Positions 7,852 through 16,352 of a DNA stretch of 38,491 nt are shown one piece after another (position 1 is the first letter of the stretch; every line of letters starts with the position of its first letter). The notes under the pieces were generated by a model. It made no database searches. It was not told the origin of the DNA and worked only from the letters and a program-made list of their open reading frames with translations. The stretch is from Myxococcota bacterium (lineage in GTDB: Bacteria; Myxococcota_A; UBA9160; UBA4427). The stretch is from contig JANQSB010000132.1 in assembly GCA_028284295.1 (NCBI GenBank), positions 1 to 38,491 of the forward strand, given 5' to 3'. Position numbers and translations under genes: made by a program.

Positions 7852-8472
7852 ATGGAGTGGTATTCCGGCCAGTTCATGATCTTCTTCGCGACGATCGATC
7901 CCGTGAGCACCCTCGCCCTGTTCGTGGGGCTCACGGCCAGGGTCTCGGCACGAGACCGTAGGAGGGTCGCGTTTCGGTCGGTCGGATACTCCGCCGCGAT
8001 TCTGGTGGCATTCGTCCTCGTTGGGCAACTCCTCCTCGGTTCGCTGGGCATCCGGCTCGCCTCGTTCCAGCTCGCGGGCGGCATCATCTTCTTCCTGTTC
8101 GGCGTCCAGATGGTGTTCGGGTCGGGGGCCGCAGCCTCCAGCGAAGGCCCCGAGGCCGAGCACGACATTGCGGTCTTTCCGCTTGCAGTGCCATCCATGG
8201 CCAGTCCCGGGTCCATCCTCGCTGCCGTGGTTCTCACCGACAACCGGGAGTTCACCGTCGCCGAGCAAGCCGTCTCCACCCTTCTCCTGCTGGCCGTGCT
8301 CGGCATCACCCTGGTCCTCCTGCTCCAGGCGAATCGGATCTACAGCCTGATCGGGAACGCGGGATCCACACTGCTGGTGCGGATTCTGGGCCTGGTTCTC
8401 GCGGCACTCGCAGTCGAGATGGTCCTCGAGGCAGGCAGCGAGCTCCTGCTCGAGATGCGCGCTGCCCAGTGA
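7852..8472 (+). CDS. MarC-family (UPF0056) integral membrane protein
   Basis: 206 aa. FATIDPVSTLALFVGLT...DIAVFPLAVPSMASPGSI are typical MarC motifs. Confidence 0.8.
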   Translation: MEWYSGQFMIFFATIDPVSTLALFVGLTARVSARDRRRVAFRSVGYSAAILVAFVLVGQLLLGSLGIRLASFQLAGGIIFFLFGVQMVFGSGAAASSEGPEAEHDIAVFPLAVPSMASPGSILAAVVLTDNREFTVAEQAVSTLLLLAVLGITLVLLLQANRIYSLIGNAGSTLLVRILGLVLAALAVEMVLEAGSELLLEMRAAQ

Positions 8473-8599
8473 CGACACGCCGCAGCTGACCGTTCCCCGC
8501 TCTTCCCGATCGACCTGCTCTACCCTCCGGACGTCGAAGCGGGTACCTCCGGCTGCCCGGCCGGTCCGGCCGGAAGCCGAGGGGATCGCGTCGCCAGGC
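8467..8599 (+). repeat. attC site (132-bp class geometry, degenerate boxes)
   Basis: CAGTGAC (8467-8473) includes the stop codon. A TACCCT box at 8521-8526 lies exactly 54 nt downstream. The site ends GTCGCCAGGCAG (8590-8601). Confidence 0.55.
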
Positions 8600-8618
8600 A
8601 GTAGAGGTCCCATGCATC

Positions 8619-9203
8619 GTGGTTTCGTTACGAAGGCCGTCTGACTCCGAGATCCACGGGGTGCTCGGTGCCCGAGCCGAGTTCACCTATCCCGAAGTGG
8701 GCGCGACCGCCAAGCTCGCAGAGGGCCGGTCCGAGCCCGGTCTCGCCACCACCTACGACGTGGATCATCACCGCTTCCCGCTCGGCCTGGGGCGCCCTCT
8801 CTACGAGCGCGCGTGCGCTGCACTCATCGCATGGCGGCATTTCGAGATCCCGTGGCTGAAGCTCTGCGGGGGGCGTCCGGTCTCGCCTGGCCAGGTCGTG
8901 GCTACCCTCCTCCCCATCGCCGGCCTCTGGTTCCTGAACCCGTGCCGGGTCGTCTATGCGGAGCTCCAGCCCGGGGCCGACGCCGCAGCCTTCGCCTACG
9001 GCACTCTCCCCGGCCACCCGGAATGCGGGGAAGAGCGCTTCTCCGTCATCTACGACCCTGCGTCCGATCGCGTGCTCTACGAGATCACCGTGTTCTCGCG
9101 CCCAGGGCGGCTCTTCTCACGGGTCGGCTACCCGTTCGCTCGCCGGCTGCAGCGCAGCTTCGTGGCTGCGTCCGCCGCGGCTCTGGCGGAGGCTGCTACC
9201 TGA
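8619..9203 (+). CDS. DUF1990-family protein
   Basis: GTG start. Carries LRRPSDSEIHGVLGARAEFTYPEVGAT...AFAYGTLPGHPECGEERFSV, the DUF1990-type motifs. Confidence 0.6.
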   Translation: MVSLRRPSDSEIHGVLGARAEFTYPEVGATAKLAEGRSEPGLATTYDVDHHRFPLGLGRPLYERACAALIAWRHFEIPWLKLCGGRPVSPGQVVATLLPIAGLWFLNPCRVVYAELQPGADAAAFAYGTLPGHPECGEERFSVIYDPASDRVLYEITVFSRPGRLFSRVGYPFARRLQRSFVAASAAALAEAAT

Positions 9204-9368
9204 CATCGGCGTTGCTGCGGCCGCGGCGACGCCTAACAAGGCGTCGCGGCGGGCAGGGTCATCGCCCGGCATCGCTGTCGGTCGGCTCGTGCGATCCGAC
9301 GGCGTCCGTTCTGGTATCCTCGCGACTCAACCAGCGGCGTTCGCGGCCGAACGCCGCTGCTGTCAGGC
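9198..9368 (+). repeat. attC site with duplicated R'' (ACCTGAC and GCCTAAC)
   Basis: ACCTGAC at 9198-9204 contains the stop codon, and there is a second GCCTAAC at 9231-9237. R' GTCAGGC lies at 9362-9368. ATCGGCGTTGCTGCGGCCGCG is complementary to CGCGGCCGAACGCCGCTGCT. CTGGTATCCT box at 9311-9320. Confidence 0.7.
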
Positions 9369-9387
9369 GCCGCAAGGCCGGGAGGTC

Positions 9388-9873
9388 GTGGTGAACTGGG
9401 ACGCGCTCGGGGCGATCGCGGAACTGCTCGGCGCTCTGGGCGTGGTCGTGACACTCGCGTACCTCGCCCTTCAGATCCGTCGCAGCAACATCCTCGCGGT
9501 GGCGGAGTCGCACCGGTACTCCAATCAGGTGGCCGCGGCGAGCATTCTCGCGGTCGTACAAGACGGAGAAGTGGCGAAGATATTCAGGGAGGGGCTGGTC
9601 GATCGCGCCGGTCTGGCCGCCGACGATCTGACTCGCTTCGACATGCTTCTCAGCAGTCTCGTCGGCGCCTTGTCGGCTTCCATCATGGACCAGATGACAC
9701 TGGGAATCTACGGAGACGACAGGATCTCCGACCAGAGATCCTCGCTACGGATGATCCTGTCGACTCCGGGTGGAGCGGCTTGGTGGAGTCTCCACCGCGA
9801 GAGCTACCCTAGCGCGTTCCAGAGATTCGTCGCCGAGGAAGCCGCCGATCCGGAGCCGCCCGCCGAACGATGA
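9388..9873 (+). CDS. Cassette family A protein, copy 2
   Basis: GTG start (9388 or 9391) after GGGAGG. Carries VNWDALGAIAELLGALGVVVTLAYLALQIRRSN...TPGGAAWW. Its stop overlaps the next ATG (ATGA at 9870). Confidence 0.7.
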   Translation: MVNWDALGAIAELLGALGVVVTLAYLALQIRRSNILAVAESHRYSNQVAAASILAVVQDGEVAKIFREGLVDRAGLAADDLTRFDMLLSSLVGALSASIMDQMTLGIYGDDRISDQRSSLRMILSTPGGAAWWSLHRESYPSAFQRFVAEEAADPEPPAER

Positions 9874-10907
9874 GAGCTGTCGTCTACCACCAGCACGGTT
9901 CGACCGACGAACTCGTCGTCGAGGACCTTCCCGAGCCGCAACTTCGCCCCGGCGACGCGCTCATCGAGGTCGGCGCCGCATCCCTGAACGGCTTCGACCC
10001 GATGATGCTCGCCGGGAGTACCTCGCTCGAGACACCGCTTCCCATGGTCCCATGCGGGGACTTCGCGGGCCGGATCCTCGCGTTCGCGGAGGGTTCCGAC
10101 CCGGGCCCGTGGAAGGAAGGAGATCGGGTCTGCCCGCATCCGTTCGTGCTCGGAGAGGGGATGACCGGCGAGACACGCGTCGGTGCAGCCTGCGAGCGGG
10201 TCCGGATCCCGATCCCGAACCTGATCGCGATCCCGGACGGGGTAAGCGACGTACAGGCAGCCAGCCTGCCGATCGCCTACGGCACCGCCTATCGGATGAT
10301 GATCACGCGCGGAGAAGTCAGGGCCGGGGAGACGGTGCTCGTCCTCGGCGCGACCGGGGGCGTCGGCACCGGCTGTGTCCAACTGGCCAAGAGCCTCGGC
10401 GCAACCGTGATCGCCACCGGTAGCTCGGAGGCGAAGCTCGACGCACTGCGGGATCTCGGGGCCGACCACGTGATCGACAACAAGCAGGACGACTGGGTCC
10501 GCGCCGTTCACGAGATCGCCGGCAAGCCTCGGATGCTCGGATCCGGTGGCGTCGACGTCGTGATCAACTACATCGGTGGGGAGACCTGGGCGGAGTCACT
10601 CCGCTGCTTGCGGTCCGACGGACGGATGTTGACCTGCGGCGCGACGATCGGCTTCAATCCGCCGACCGACATCCGCTACATCTGGACCTACGAGCAGCGC
10701 ATCATCGGCTCGAACGGCTGGACGCCAGACGAGCAGCGCAAGCTCCTCGAGCGCGTCGCCGCAGGCGACCTCGCCCCCGTCATCGACTCCGTCGTGTCCC
10801 TCGAAGGCGCCAGGAGTGCCATGGACGCACTCATCGACCGCCGTGTCTTCGGGAAGGTGGTCATCGAACCCGCGCTCGGGCCGAGGTCTGGTAGCCTCTG
10901 CAAGTGA
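9870..10907 (+). CDS. Zinc-type alcohol dehydrogenase / quinone oxidoreductase (MDR superfamily)
   Basis: 345 aa. GETVLVLGATGGVGTGCVQLAKSLGATVIATGSS is a Rossmann motif, and the N-terminus is GroES-like. The C-terminal tail runs into attC-like sequence. Confidence 0.85.
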   Translation: MRAVVYHQHGSTDELVVEDLPEPQLRPGDALIEVGAASLNGFDPMMLAGSTSLETPLPMVPCGDFAGRILAFAEGSDPGPWKEGDRVCPHPFVLGEGMTGETRVGAACERVRIPIPNLIAIPDGVSDVQAASLPIAYGTAYRMMITRGEVRAGETVLVLGATGGVGTGCVQLAKSLGATVIATGSSEAKLDALRDLGADHVIDNKQDDWVRAVHEIAGKPRMLGSGGVDVVINYIGGETWAESLRCLRSDGRMLTCGATIGFNPPTDIRYIWTYEQRIIGSNGWTPDEQRKLLERVAAGDLAPVIDSVVSLEGARSAMDALIDRRVFGKVVIEPALGPRSGSLCK

Positions 10908-10973
10908 AAGCTGGGCGCTTCGGGCCGGCCAGCCGCGCGCCCCGTCCGCTAGGCGGCCAGGCGGAGAGTCGAT

Positions 10974-11456
10974 CTGGACGGCCACGAAGCACTTTCTGGG
11001 ATCGCCGAGATCGCCGTCGCGCTCGCAGGCTTCTCCGGCCTCTTCTCGGCGCTGCGGCGAGGCCAAGGGCAGGTCTTCCAAGAGCCCGAGCGGAGGGCGC
11101 TTCTCTTCCTGCTCGCAGCGAGTCTGGGTGCCGCGGTCCTCGCTCTTCTCCCCCTGCCCCTGCTCCTCTTCGGCGTTCCTGAGGCCACCGTATGGCTCAT
11201 CGGTTGCTCGGCACTGGGCGTCTTCATGGCGGCCACCGGCGTCTGGGGCACACGGTCAGCCCGGGTGGCACGCTTCCCGATCGTCTTCTGGACGTTGACC
11301 TCCATCGCCTGGGGCTTCACTCTGCTCCAGTTCGTCGGCGCGACGGGCCTGCTCGGGCTCCCCCGCGTCGCTGTCTTCGCGGCGGGTCTCTGGTGGCTCA
11401 TCTTGAGCGCTGCGCTGCAGTTCTTCGTTCAGGCGCTGGCCACCACACGATCCTAG
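10974..11456 (+). CDS. Cassette family B protein, copy 2 (no canonical start codon)
   Basis: The frame is open from 10953 (TAG at 10950). LDGHEALSGIAEIAVALAGFSGLF aligns with the paralogue N-termini, but the aligned start position is CTG. There is no ATG, GTG or TTG before ATG 11226. Confidence 0.5.
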   Translation: MDGHEALSGIAEIAVALAGFSGLFSALRRGQGQVFQEPERRALLFLLAASLGAAVLALLPLPLLLFGVPEATVWLIGCSALGVFMAATGVWGTRSARVARFPIVFWTLTSIAWGFTLLQFVGATGLLGLPRVAVFAAGLWWLILSAALQFFVQALATTRS

Positions 11457-11469
11457 ACCGACGGGGGTC

Positions 11470-11499
11470 GCCTGACACAGGTGCTGCAGTTCGTTGGGC
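11470..11499 (+). repeat. Collapsed attC (R'' and R' only)
   Basis: GCCTGAC (11470-11476), 16 nt, then GTTGGGC (11493-11499). The central ~100 nt seen in the other sites are missing. Confidence 0.4.
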
Positions 11500-11500
11500 C

Positions 11501-11548
11501 GAAGGAGCGAGAGAAGGAACGAGAGAGGGAGTGAGAGAAGGAGCGAGA
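11501..11548 (+). repeat. Four tandem 12-nt purine repeats
   Basis: GAAGGAGCGAGA / GAAGGAACGAGA / GAGGGAGTGAGA / GAAGGAGCGAGA, ending 1 nt before the ATG at 11550. Confidence 0.9.
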
Positions 11549-11549
11549 G

Positions 11550-11915
11550 ATGAAGCTGGGCAGAACGACACCGATCCTCAGGATCTTCGACCTCACGAAG
11601 GCGAAGGAGTTCTACGTCGACTTCCTGGGCTTCAGGATCGACTGGGAGCATCGCTTCGGCGAGAACTTCCCTGTCTACCTTCAGATCTCGCGGAGTGACT
11701 GCGTGCTCCACCTGTCCGAGCACCACGGCGATGCCACTCCTGGATCACGGGTCATCGTAGAGACCTCGGGGATCGAGGACTTCTGCAAGGAACTGGACGG
11801 GCGCGACTACCGCTACTTGAAGCCCGAGATCGAAGACACGGACTGGGGCAGCCGGGTCCTGTCGGTCACCGATCCCTTCGGCAATCGTCTGACCTTCTCG
11901 CAGTCCGGAGACTGA
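11550..11915 (+). CDS. VOC-fold protein, bleomycin-resistance-protein-like
   Basis: 121 aa. PILRIFDLTKAKEFYVDFLGFRIDWEHRF...WGSRVLSVTDPFGNRLTF is the glyoxalase-superfamily / Ble-like pattern. Confidence 0.75.
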   Translation: MKLGRTTPILRIFDLTKAKEFYVDFLGFRIDWEHRFGENFPVYLQISRSDCVLHLSEHHGDATPGSRVIVETSGIEDFCKELDGRDYRYLKPEIEDTDWGSRVLSVTDPFGNRLTFSQSGD

Positions 11916-12105
11916 GCCGGACTGAAGGCCTGCCACTCGACCAGCGGCTGCAGCTGACGCCGAACCCCGGCCAGGGTCTCTACCAGGGCGTGCCGTCCTT
12001 GCGCATGCACGGACTGCCGTCCCGACACATCATGTCCACATCGGAGCAGGTCGTGAGATCGTCCGGATCGCGTGAACCAACCCCCAGCTACACAGCCATC
12101 AGCCG

Positions 12106-12846
12106 CTAGGCGACAGCGTCGGGCCGATCGCGCAGCTCGAAGACGTAGAAGCCGAATCCAAGGGTGTCGCGGCCCCATCGCTGGTAGGCCTCGTTCCAGC
12201 TCCTCCAGTGCACCAGCTCGGCTCTCGCATCCTCGTCTTCGGGCACCCCGGCGCTCCGGGCCTCCGCCTCGCGGAGAAAAGACGACTCGAACTCGTCCCA
12301 CTCCTCGAGCGAGCTCACCTCGGAGTGGATCAGGACCCAGCCGGTCCTGGCCCCAAGCGCCTCGTTCGAAGCGTGGTCGGCCAGGTGGTGCCCCTCGAAG
12401 GGGGTCACGTGCAGATATTCCTGCGGTGGCTCCTGTCGCCAGTAGCCCTCGCCCACGAGAAGGCGCCCGCCGGGCTTCACGAATTCGTGCATCCGCTCCA
12501 GCGTTCGCAGGAGACCCTCGCCCGGGGAGCCGAAGGCGTGAGTCGCCCCCACACAGATCGCCGCATCGAACTCCCTCCCGAGCCCACAGTCGGCGATCTC
12601 ATCGTTCATCCACGAGAGGCGGCCGTCCCCGCGAGCTCGCAGCCTGGCGAGTTCGAGCTCCGCCTCATCGGGGTCGACGCCGACGCCCGTGCACCCGGTC
12701 GTCTCGGCCAGCATCTGGAGCATCTCCCCTCGCCCACAGCCGACATCGAGGACCCGACTGCCCTCCGAGAGCCGAAGGCGGCGTAGCAGCTTCTCGATTC
12801 GCTCCGTCCTGGCCGGAGCGTTGAATCTGCGTTCGGATCGCTCCAC
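12106..12846 (-). CDS. Class I SAM-dependent methyltransferase
   Basis: GTG start. VLDVGCGRGEMLQMLA is motif I and KPGGRLLVGE is the post-II motif. The gene is inverted relative to the array. Confidence 0.8.
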   Translation of the reverse strand: MERSERRFNAPARTERIEKLLRRLRLSEGSRVLDVGCGRGEMLQMLAETTGCTGVGVDPDEAELELARLRARGDGRLSWMNDEIADCGLGREFDAAICVGATHAFGSPGEGLLRTLERMHEFVKPGGRLLVGEGYWRQEPPQEYLHVTPFEGHHLADHASNEALGARTGWVLIHSEVSSLEEWDEFESSFLREAEARSAGVPEDEDARAELVHWRSWNEAYQRWGRDTLGFGFYVFELRDRPDAVA

Positions 12847-12971
12847 AGATCGAGATTAGCCGCTGCGCCGAGCAGGAGGAGCAGCGAGCGCGGTAGTAGC
12901 TCGCTTCGATCGACTTCGATTGGCGCGCAGCGGCACACTGGGAAGGCTCGTTCGGACCCGGTCGGCCCGGC

Positions 12972-13110
12972 TGCTGACCGCTGTACGCCGATCCACGGGG
13001 AAGCGGAGTGGCTCGCTCGGGACCGATTCGAGGCGTGGTAGGCTCTCCACGTGGCGTTCTCAGCTGCAACGGCAGATCGCCGCCAGTCGCTGAACGCCGA
13101 TCCATCAGGC
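12972..13110 (+). repeat. attC-like site with duplicated 3' arm
   Basis: GTGGTAGGCT box at 13035-13044, with ATCAGGC (13104-13110) 65 nt downstream. The arm CGCTGAACGCCGATCCAT (13087-13104) is a direct repeat of CGCTGTACGCCGATCCAC (12980-12997). The left box TGCTGAC is at 12972. Confidence 0.4.
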
Positions 13111-13116
13111 GGCGAG

Positions 13117-13515
13117 GTGTTCGATCACGTCGGGGTACACGTCTCGGACTTCGCTGCCGGCAAGCGCTTCTACTCGGCGATCATGTCCGAGCTCGGGTTC
13201 GAGCTCCTGCAGGAGAACGAGGCCGGCGGCGGCCGCTGGCTCGTGTTCGGCGCGGGGCCCGCTGCGCCCTTCTTCGTCGTCGCGTGGGCGCCCGATCGCT
13301 CCGTGGCGCCGGTCCACCTTGCTTTCATGGCGTCGTCGACGTCGGCCGTCGACAGCTTTCACGCGGCGGGTCTTGCGGCAGGCGGGCGCGACAACGGCCC
13401 TCCCGGACCCCGCGCCGGCGTCACTCCCTACTACGCCGCGTACCTCCTCGACCCGGACGGGCTGAACGTAGAAGCGGGCTTCCGCGGTGCGCAGGGTCCG
13501 TCGGGCGGCGAGTGA
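13117..13515 (+). CDS. VOC (glyoxalase-fold) protein
   Basis: The GTG at 13117 follows the attC end and gives VFDHVGVHVSDFAAGKRFY...YLLDPDGLNVEA. An alternative GTG lies at 13051. Confidence 0.7.
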   Translation: MFDHVGVHVSDFAAGKRFYSAIMSELGFELLQENEAGGGRWLVFGAGPAAPFFVVAWAPDRSVAPVHLAFMASSTSAVDSFHAAGLAAGGRDNGPPGPRAGVTPYYAAYLLDPDGLNVEAGFRGAQGPSGGE

Positions 13516-13527
13516 ACGGCTTCTCGC

Positions 13528-13992
13528 ATGGCTCCTTTGACGCTGAGCTTCGAGTCGGAGCTGGAGGCTGCACCGGAGCGTGTGTGGTCGTGGGCGACCT
13601 CCGTTGCCGGCATCCTCGCTGAACTGAGCCCGCTCGCGCGGATGACGACACCCCCTGGTCTCACCAGCATTCTCGACGTCGACGTAGAGCTCGGGAAGCC
13701 GCTGGCTCGCAGCTGGGTTCTCCTGTTCGGTTTCCTTCCTCTCGACCGGACGGATCTGACTCTCGTCGCGCTCGACGAAGGCCGCGGGTTCGTCGAGCAG
13801 TCCCCCATGCTCAGCATGCGTCTCTGGCGCCACGAGCGCACGATCGACCCCGTCGCGGGCGGCTCGAGGATCACGGACCAGCTCACCTTCGAGCCTCGTT
13901 TCGGCGCTCCGCTCGTGAAGTGGTGCGTCGGCGTACTCTTCCGACACCGCCACCGCGTCCTGCGCCGGGAGCTGGGAACGCTCGCTCCGTGA
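13528..13992 (+). CDS. SRPBCC (START/polyketide-cyclase-like) family protein
   Basis: 154 aa, starting 12 nt after the VOC stop. The length and the FESELEAAPERVWSW start are typical of the SRPBCC fold. Confidence 0.55.
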   Translation: MAPLTLSFESELEAAPERVWSWATSVAGILAELSPLARMTTPPGLTSILDVDVELGKPLARSWVLLFGFLPLDRTDLTLVALDEGRGFVEQSPMLSMRLWRHERTIDPVAGGSRITDQLTFEPRFGAPLVKWCVGVLFRHRHRVLRRELGTLAP

Positions 13993-14149
13993 GATCCCGC
14001 GCGCTCCGTGGCTTCGCGGCTCGGCAGGGTCAGGGTCCTGCAGCGACCCGCCGGCAGCGCGTGCCGAACGCCTCCGGCATATTCCGGCGCCCACGCGCGT
14101 AGGTCCCGGCGGCAGGTTGCCCCGGTGACCGGGGCGCCGGATTCACGCC

Positions 14150-15019
14150 ATGAGGACGACCCGGAGCGACGACGTGTTCGACGAACTCGAGGCCATCAAT
14201 GCCCGTCCCAACCCCTTCGAGTCCTACACCGCCCGCGAGCTGTGGACGAATCCGCACACCTCGGCGCGGATGCTGGAGTTCCATCTCGACGAGAGCGTCG
14301 ACATGTCCTCGCGCAGACCGGGATTCATCGATCGCTCCGTCGAGTGGATCACCGGGCACTTCGACGTCGGTGCGGAGACCCGGGTCGTCGACTTCGGCTG
14401 CGGCCCGGGACTCTACACCCGAAGGCTCGCCGAGCGGGATGCGACGGTCACCGGAGTCGACTTCTCGATTCGCTCGATCGAGTACGCGCGGGAAGTCGCC
14501 GCCAGGAAGGGGCTGAGCATCCACTACCTGGATCAGGACTATCTGGACTTCGAGACGACGGAATCGTTCGATCTCGTCCTGATGATCATGTGTGACTTCT
14601 GCGCCCTCAGCCCGGCCCAGCGGAATTCGATGCTTCGGAAGTTCCTCGGCATGCTGGGACCCGGCGGTGCGGTTCTCCTGGACGTGTATTCGAGGGCAGC
14701 CTTCGAGCAGCGCGAAGAGGCAGCGACCTATGGAATCGATCTGATGGATGGATTCTGGTCGCCCGACAGGTACTACGGGTTTCTCAACACCTTCAAGTAC
14801 GAAGAAGAAGCGGTGGTGCTCGACAAGTACACGCTGGTCGAAGCGTCGGGGAGCCGCACGGTCTACAACTGGCTGCAGTACTTCAGTGCCGACGAGCTGG
14901 AGAGAGAGTTCGTGGACGCGGGATTCGCCATCGAGGCACTCTTTGCCGACGTTTGCGGTACGCCGTACGACGCGGAGGGTCACGAATTCGCCGTCGTCGC
15001 CCGGAAGGCGGCCGGCTGA
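14150..15019 (+). CDS. Class I SAM-dependent methyltransferase
   Basis: 289 aa. VVDFGCGPGLYTRRLAERDATVTGVDFS is motif I and LGPGGAVLLDV is the post-II motif. Confidence 0.85.
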   Translation: MRTTRSDDVFDELEAINARPNPFESYTARELWTNPHTSARMLEFHLDESVDMSSRRPGFIDRSVEWITGHFDVGAETRVVDFGCGPGLYTRRLAERDATVTGVDFSIRSIEYAREVAARKGLSIHYLDQDYLDFETTESFDLVLMIMCDFCALSPAQRNSMLRKFLGMLGPGGAVLLDVYSRAAFEQREEAATYGIDLMDGFWSPDRYYGFLNTFKYEEEAVVLDKYTLVEASGSRTVYNWLQYFSADELEREFVDAGFAIEALFADVCGTPYDAEGHEFAVVARKAAG

Positions 15020-15141
15020 CCAGCCGTCTTCGCGGCGGCCCGAGAGCCCGCTTCCATATGGTCGGGTAGTCTTCGGGCGTCTCGTCGGATCGATCCTGTG
15101 GCTCGTATCCGCCGGCACGCTACTCGCGCTCCTCGTCCTGT
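15014..15141 (+). repeat. attC-like site (132-bp class geometry, degenerate R')
   Basis: GGCTGAC (15014-15020) contains the stop codon. CGGGTAGTCT box at 15063-15072, ~53 nt downstream. The candidate R' is GTCCTGT at 15135-15141. Confidence 0.4.
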
Positions 15142-15190
15142 TCGGGATGCAGGACTGAGTGGTTGCTGCTGGCTTCGGGAGTTGCCCCGC

Positions 15191-15862
15191 ATGAGCTCTG
15201 CACGAAACCTTCTCCTGGCCATCGCACTCGTCGTCGTGGCGCTTCCTGGCAGCGCCGACGATGGAGAGGCGGTACGTACCGCGTTCTCCGCGTATCGCGC
15301 TGCGGTGTTGGCGGGTGATGGGGCCGCCGCCGCCGGCCTCTTGAGCACGTCGACGCATCAGTACTACGGCGAGATGCAGCAGCTCGCCCTCCATGGCGAC
15401 GCGCCTACGGTGCAAGCGCTGTCCCTCGTCGATCAGATGCAAGTGCTGCTGTTTCGGCTGAGAGTGCCAGCGGAGCAGTTGGATGAGCTGTCACCCAAGG
15501 GGCTGGTCGCGCACTCGGTCGACGAGGGCTGGATCGGCAAGGACAGTGTCCTGACCCTGGCGCCGGGCAAGGTCCAATCGGAGGGTGACGTGGCGGTCCT
15601 TCACGTGTTCGTGAACGGGCAGGACGCAGGCCCGGCCTTCCGCTTCAACCGCGAGCCGACCGGTTGGAAGCTGGATCTGCTCCCGACCCTGCAGGCCAGC
15701 AATGCAACGCTTCAGCTGGCCGCCAAGGAGCGGGGAGTGTCCGAGGACGAGTTCATGCTCATTCTCATGGAGTCGATCCTCGGCCGGAAGGTGACGCCAG
15801 ACGCGTGGACACCGCCGCGACCCGGCGAGCGCCCCGCCCCTCAGGCAGCGGAAGACAGCTGA
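15191..15862 (+). CDS. Secreted hypothetical protein
   Basis: Starts at MSSARNLLLAIALVVVALPGSADD (signal peptide). I could not recognise a confident domain. Confidence 0.6.
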   Translation: MSSARNLLLAIALVVVALPGSADDGEAVRTAFSAYRAAVLAGDGAAAAGLLSTSTHQYYGEMQQLALHGDAPTVQALSLVDQMQVLLFRLRVPAEQLDELSPKGLVAHSVDEGWIGKDSVLTLAPGKVQSEGDVAVLHVFVNGQDAGPAFRFNREPTGWKLDLLPTLQASNATLQLAAKERGVSEDEFMLILMESILGRKVTPDAWTPPRPGERPAPQAAEDS

Positions 15863-16263
15863 TGCTCCTCGTCTGCTACCGGCTCGCGCTGGTCGCGAAT
15901 CTCTGCCTGCTCGGAGTCGGCTTCTCGAATCCGAGCTGGCTCGAGCCTGCGCTGCCAGAGTCCGTCCGGGCGTATCTCGAATCGACGCCCGAGCCCGGTG
16001 CGGCGCTCCTCGGGGTCATGTTCCTCGCCCTTCTCTGTTACGTCGCGGGATGTGTGGGTGCACTCTGGTTCTGGCGACCGAGTCGCCATCTGTTCGCCAG
16101 CAGCGTGATCGCGATGATCCTGCTCAACCCGGCGCTGGGCCCGAGTATCGACCCGGGCTGGAAGGACCTGCTCGAAGAAGCGGGGACACTGCTCGACGGG
16201 ATGCTCGTCTGCGCCATGTTCGCAAGCCCGCTGCGGGACCGGTTCGGAGCGTCTGCGGCCTAA
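15862..16263 (+). CDS. Hypothetical membrane protein
   Basis: Its ATG overlaps the previous stop (TGATG). 133 aa with 3-4 hydrophobic segments. Its stop TAA lies inside GCCTAAC. Confidence 0.55.
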   Translation: MLLVCYRLALVANLCLLGVGFSNPSWLEPALPESVRAYLESTPEPGAALLGVMFLALLCYVAGCVGALWFWRPSRHLFASSVIAMILLNPALGPSIDPGWKDLLEEAGTLLDGMLVCAMFASPLRDRFGASAA

Positions 16264-16346
16264 CATCGGCGCCTGCAACAGCCGTGCGAGACAATGGCCC
16301 TGTGCGCGAACGGGTCTTCCACCTCGCGGTCGGGTCGTGGTAGCCT
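16258..16346 (+). repeat. attC left arm plus central box (no right arm)
   Basis: R'' GCCTAAC at 16258-16264, followed by ATCGGCGCC. The GTGGTAGCCT box at 16337-16346 is followed 6 nt later by the next ATG. Confidence 0.45.
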
Positions 16347-16352
16347 GGGGTC

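Noticed and set aside
13051-13116. An N-terminally extended VOC ORF starts at GTG 13051, directly after a -10-like box (a leaderless start).
   Set aside because: The extension crosses the attC R'-like end and adds 22 residues unrelated to VOC proteins. GTG 13117 gives the canonical FDHVGVHV start. I keep it only as an alternative.
14030-15442. Very long antisense ORFs. Examples are 14030-15442 (470 aa), 26558-28000 (480 aa), 33327-34793 (488 aa), 29629-31032 (467 aa), 22153-23361 (402 aa), 31716-32939 (407 aa), 20390-21376 and 5425-6324.
   Set aside because: All lie opposite well-supported + strand genes with recognisable domains. They are Arg/Pro/Gly/Ala-rich and show no motifs. Stop-free antisense frames are expected in DNA this GC-rich.
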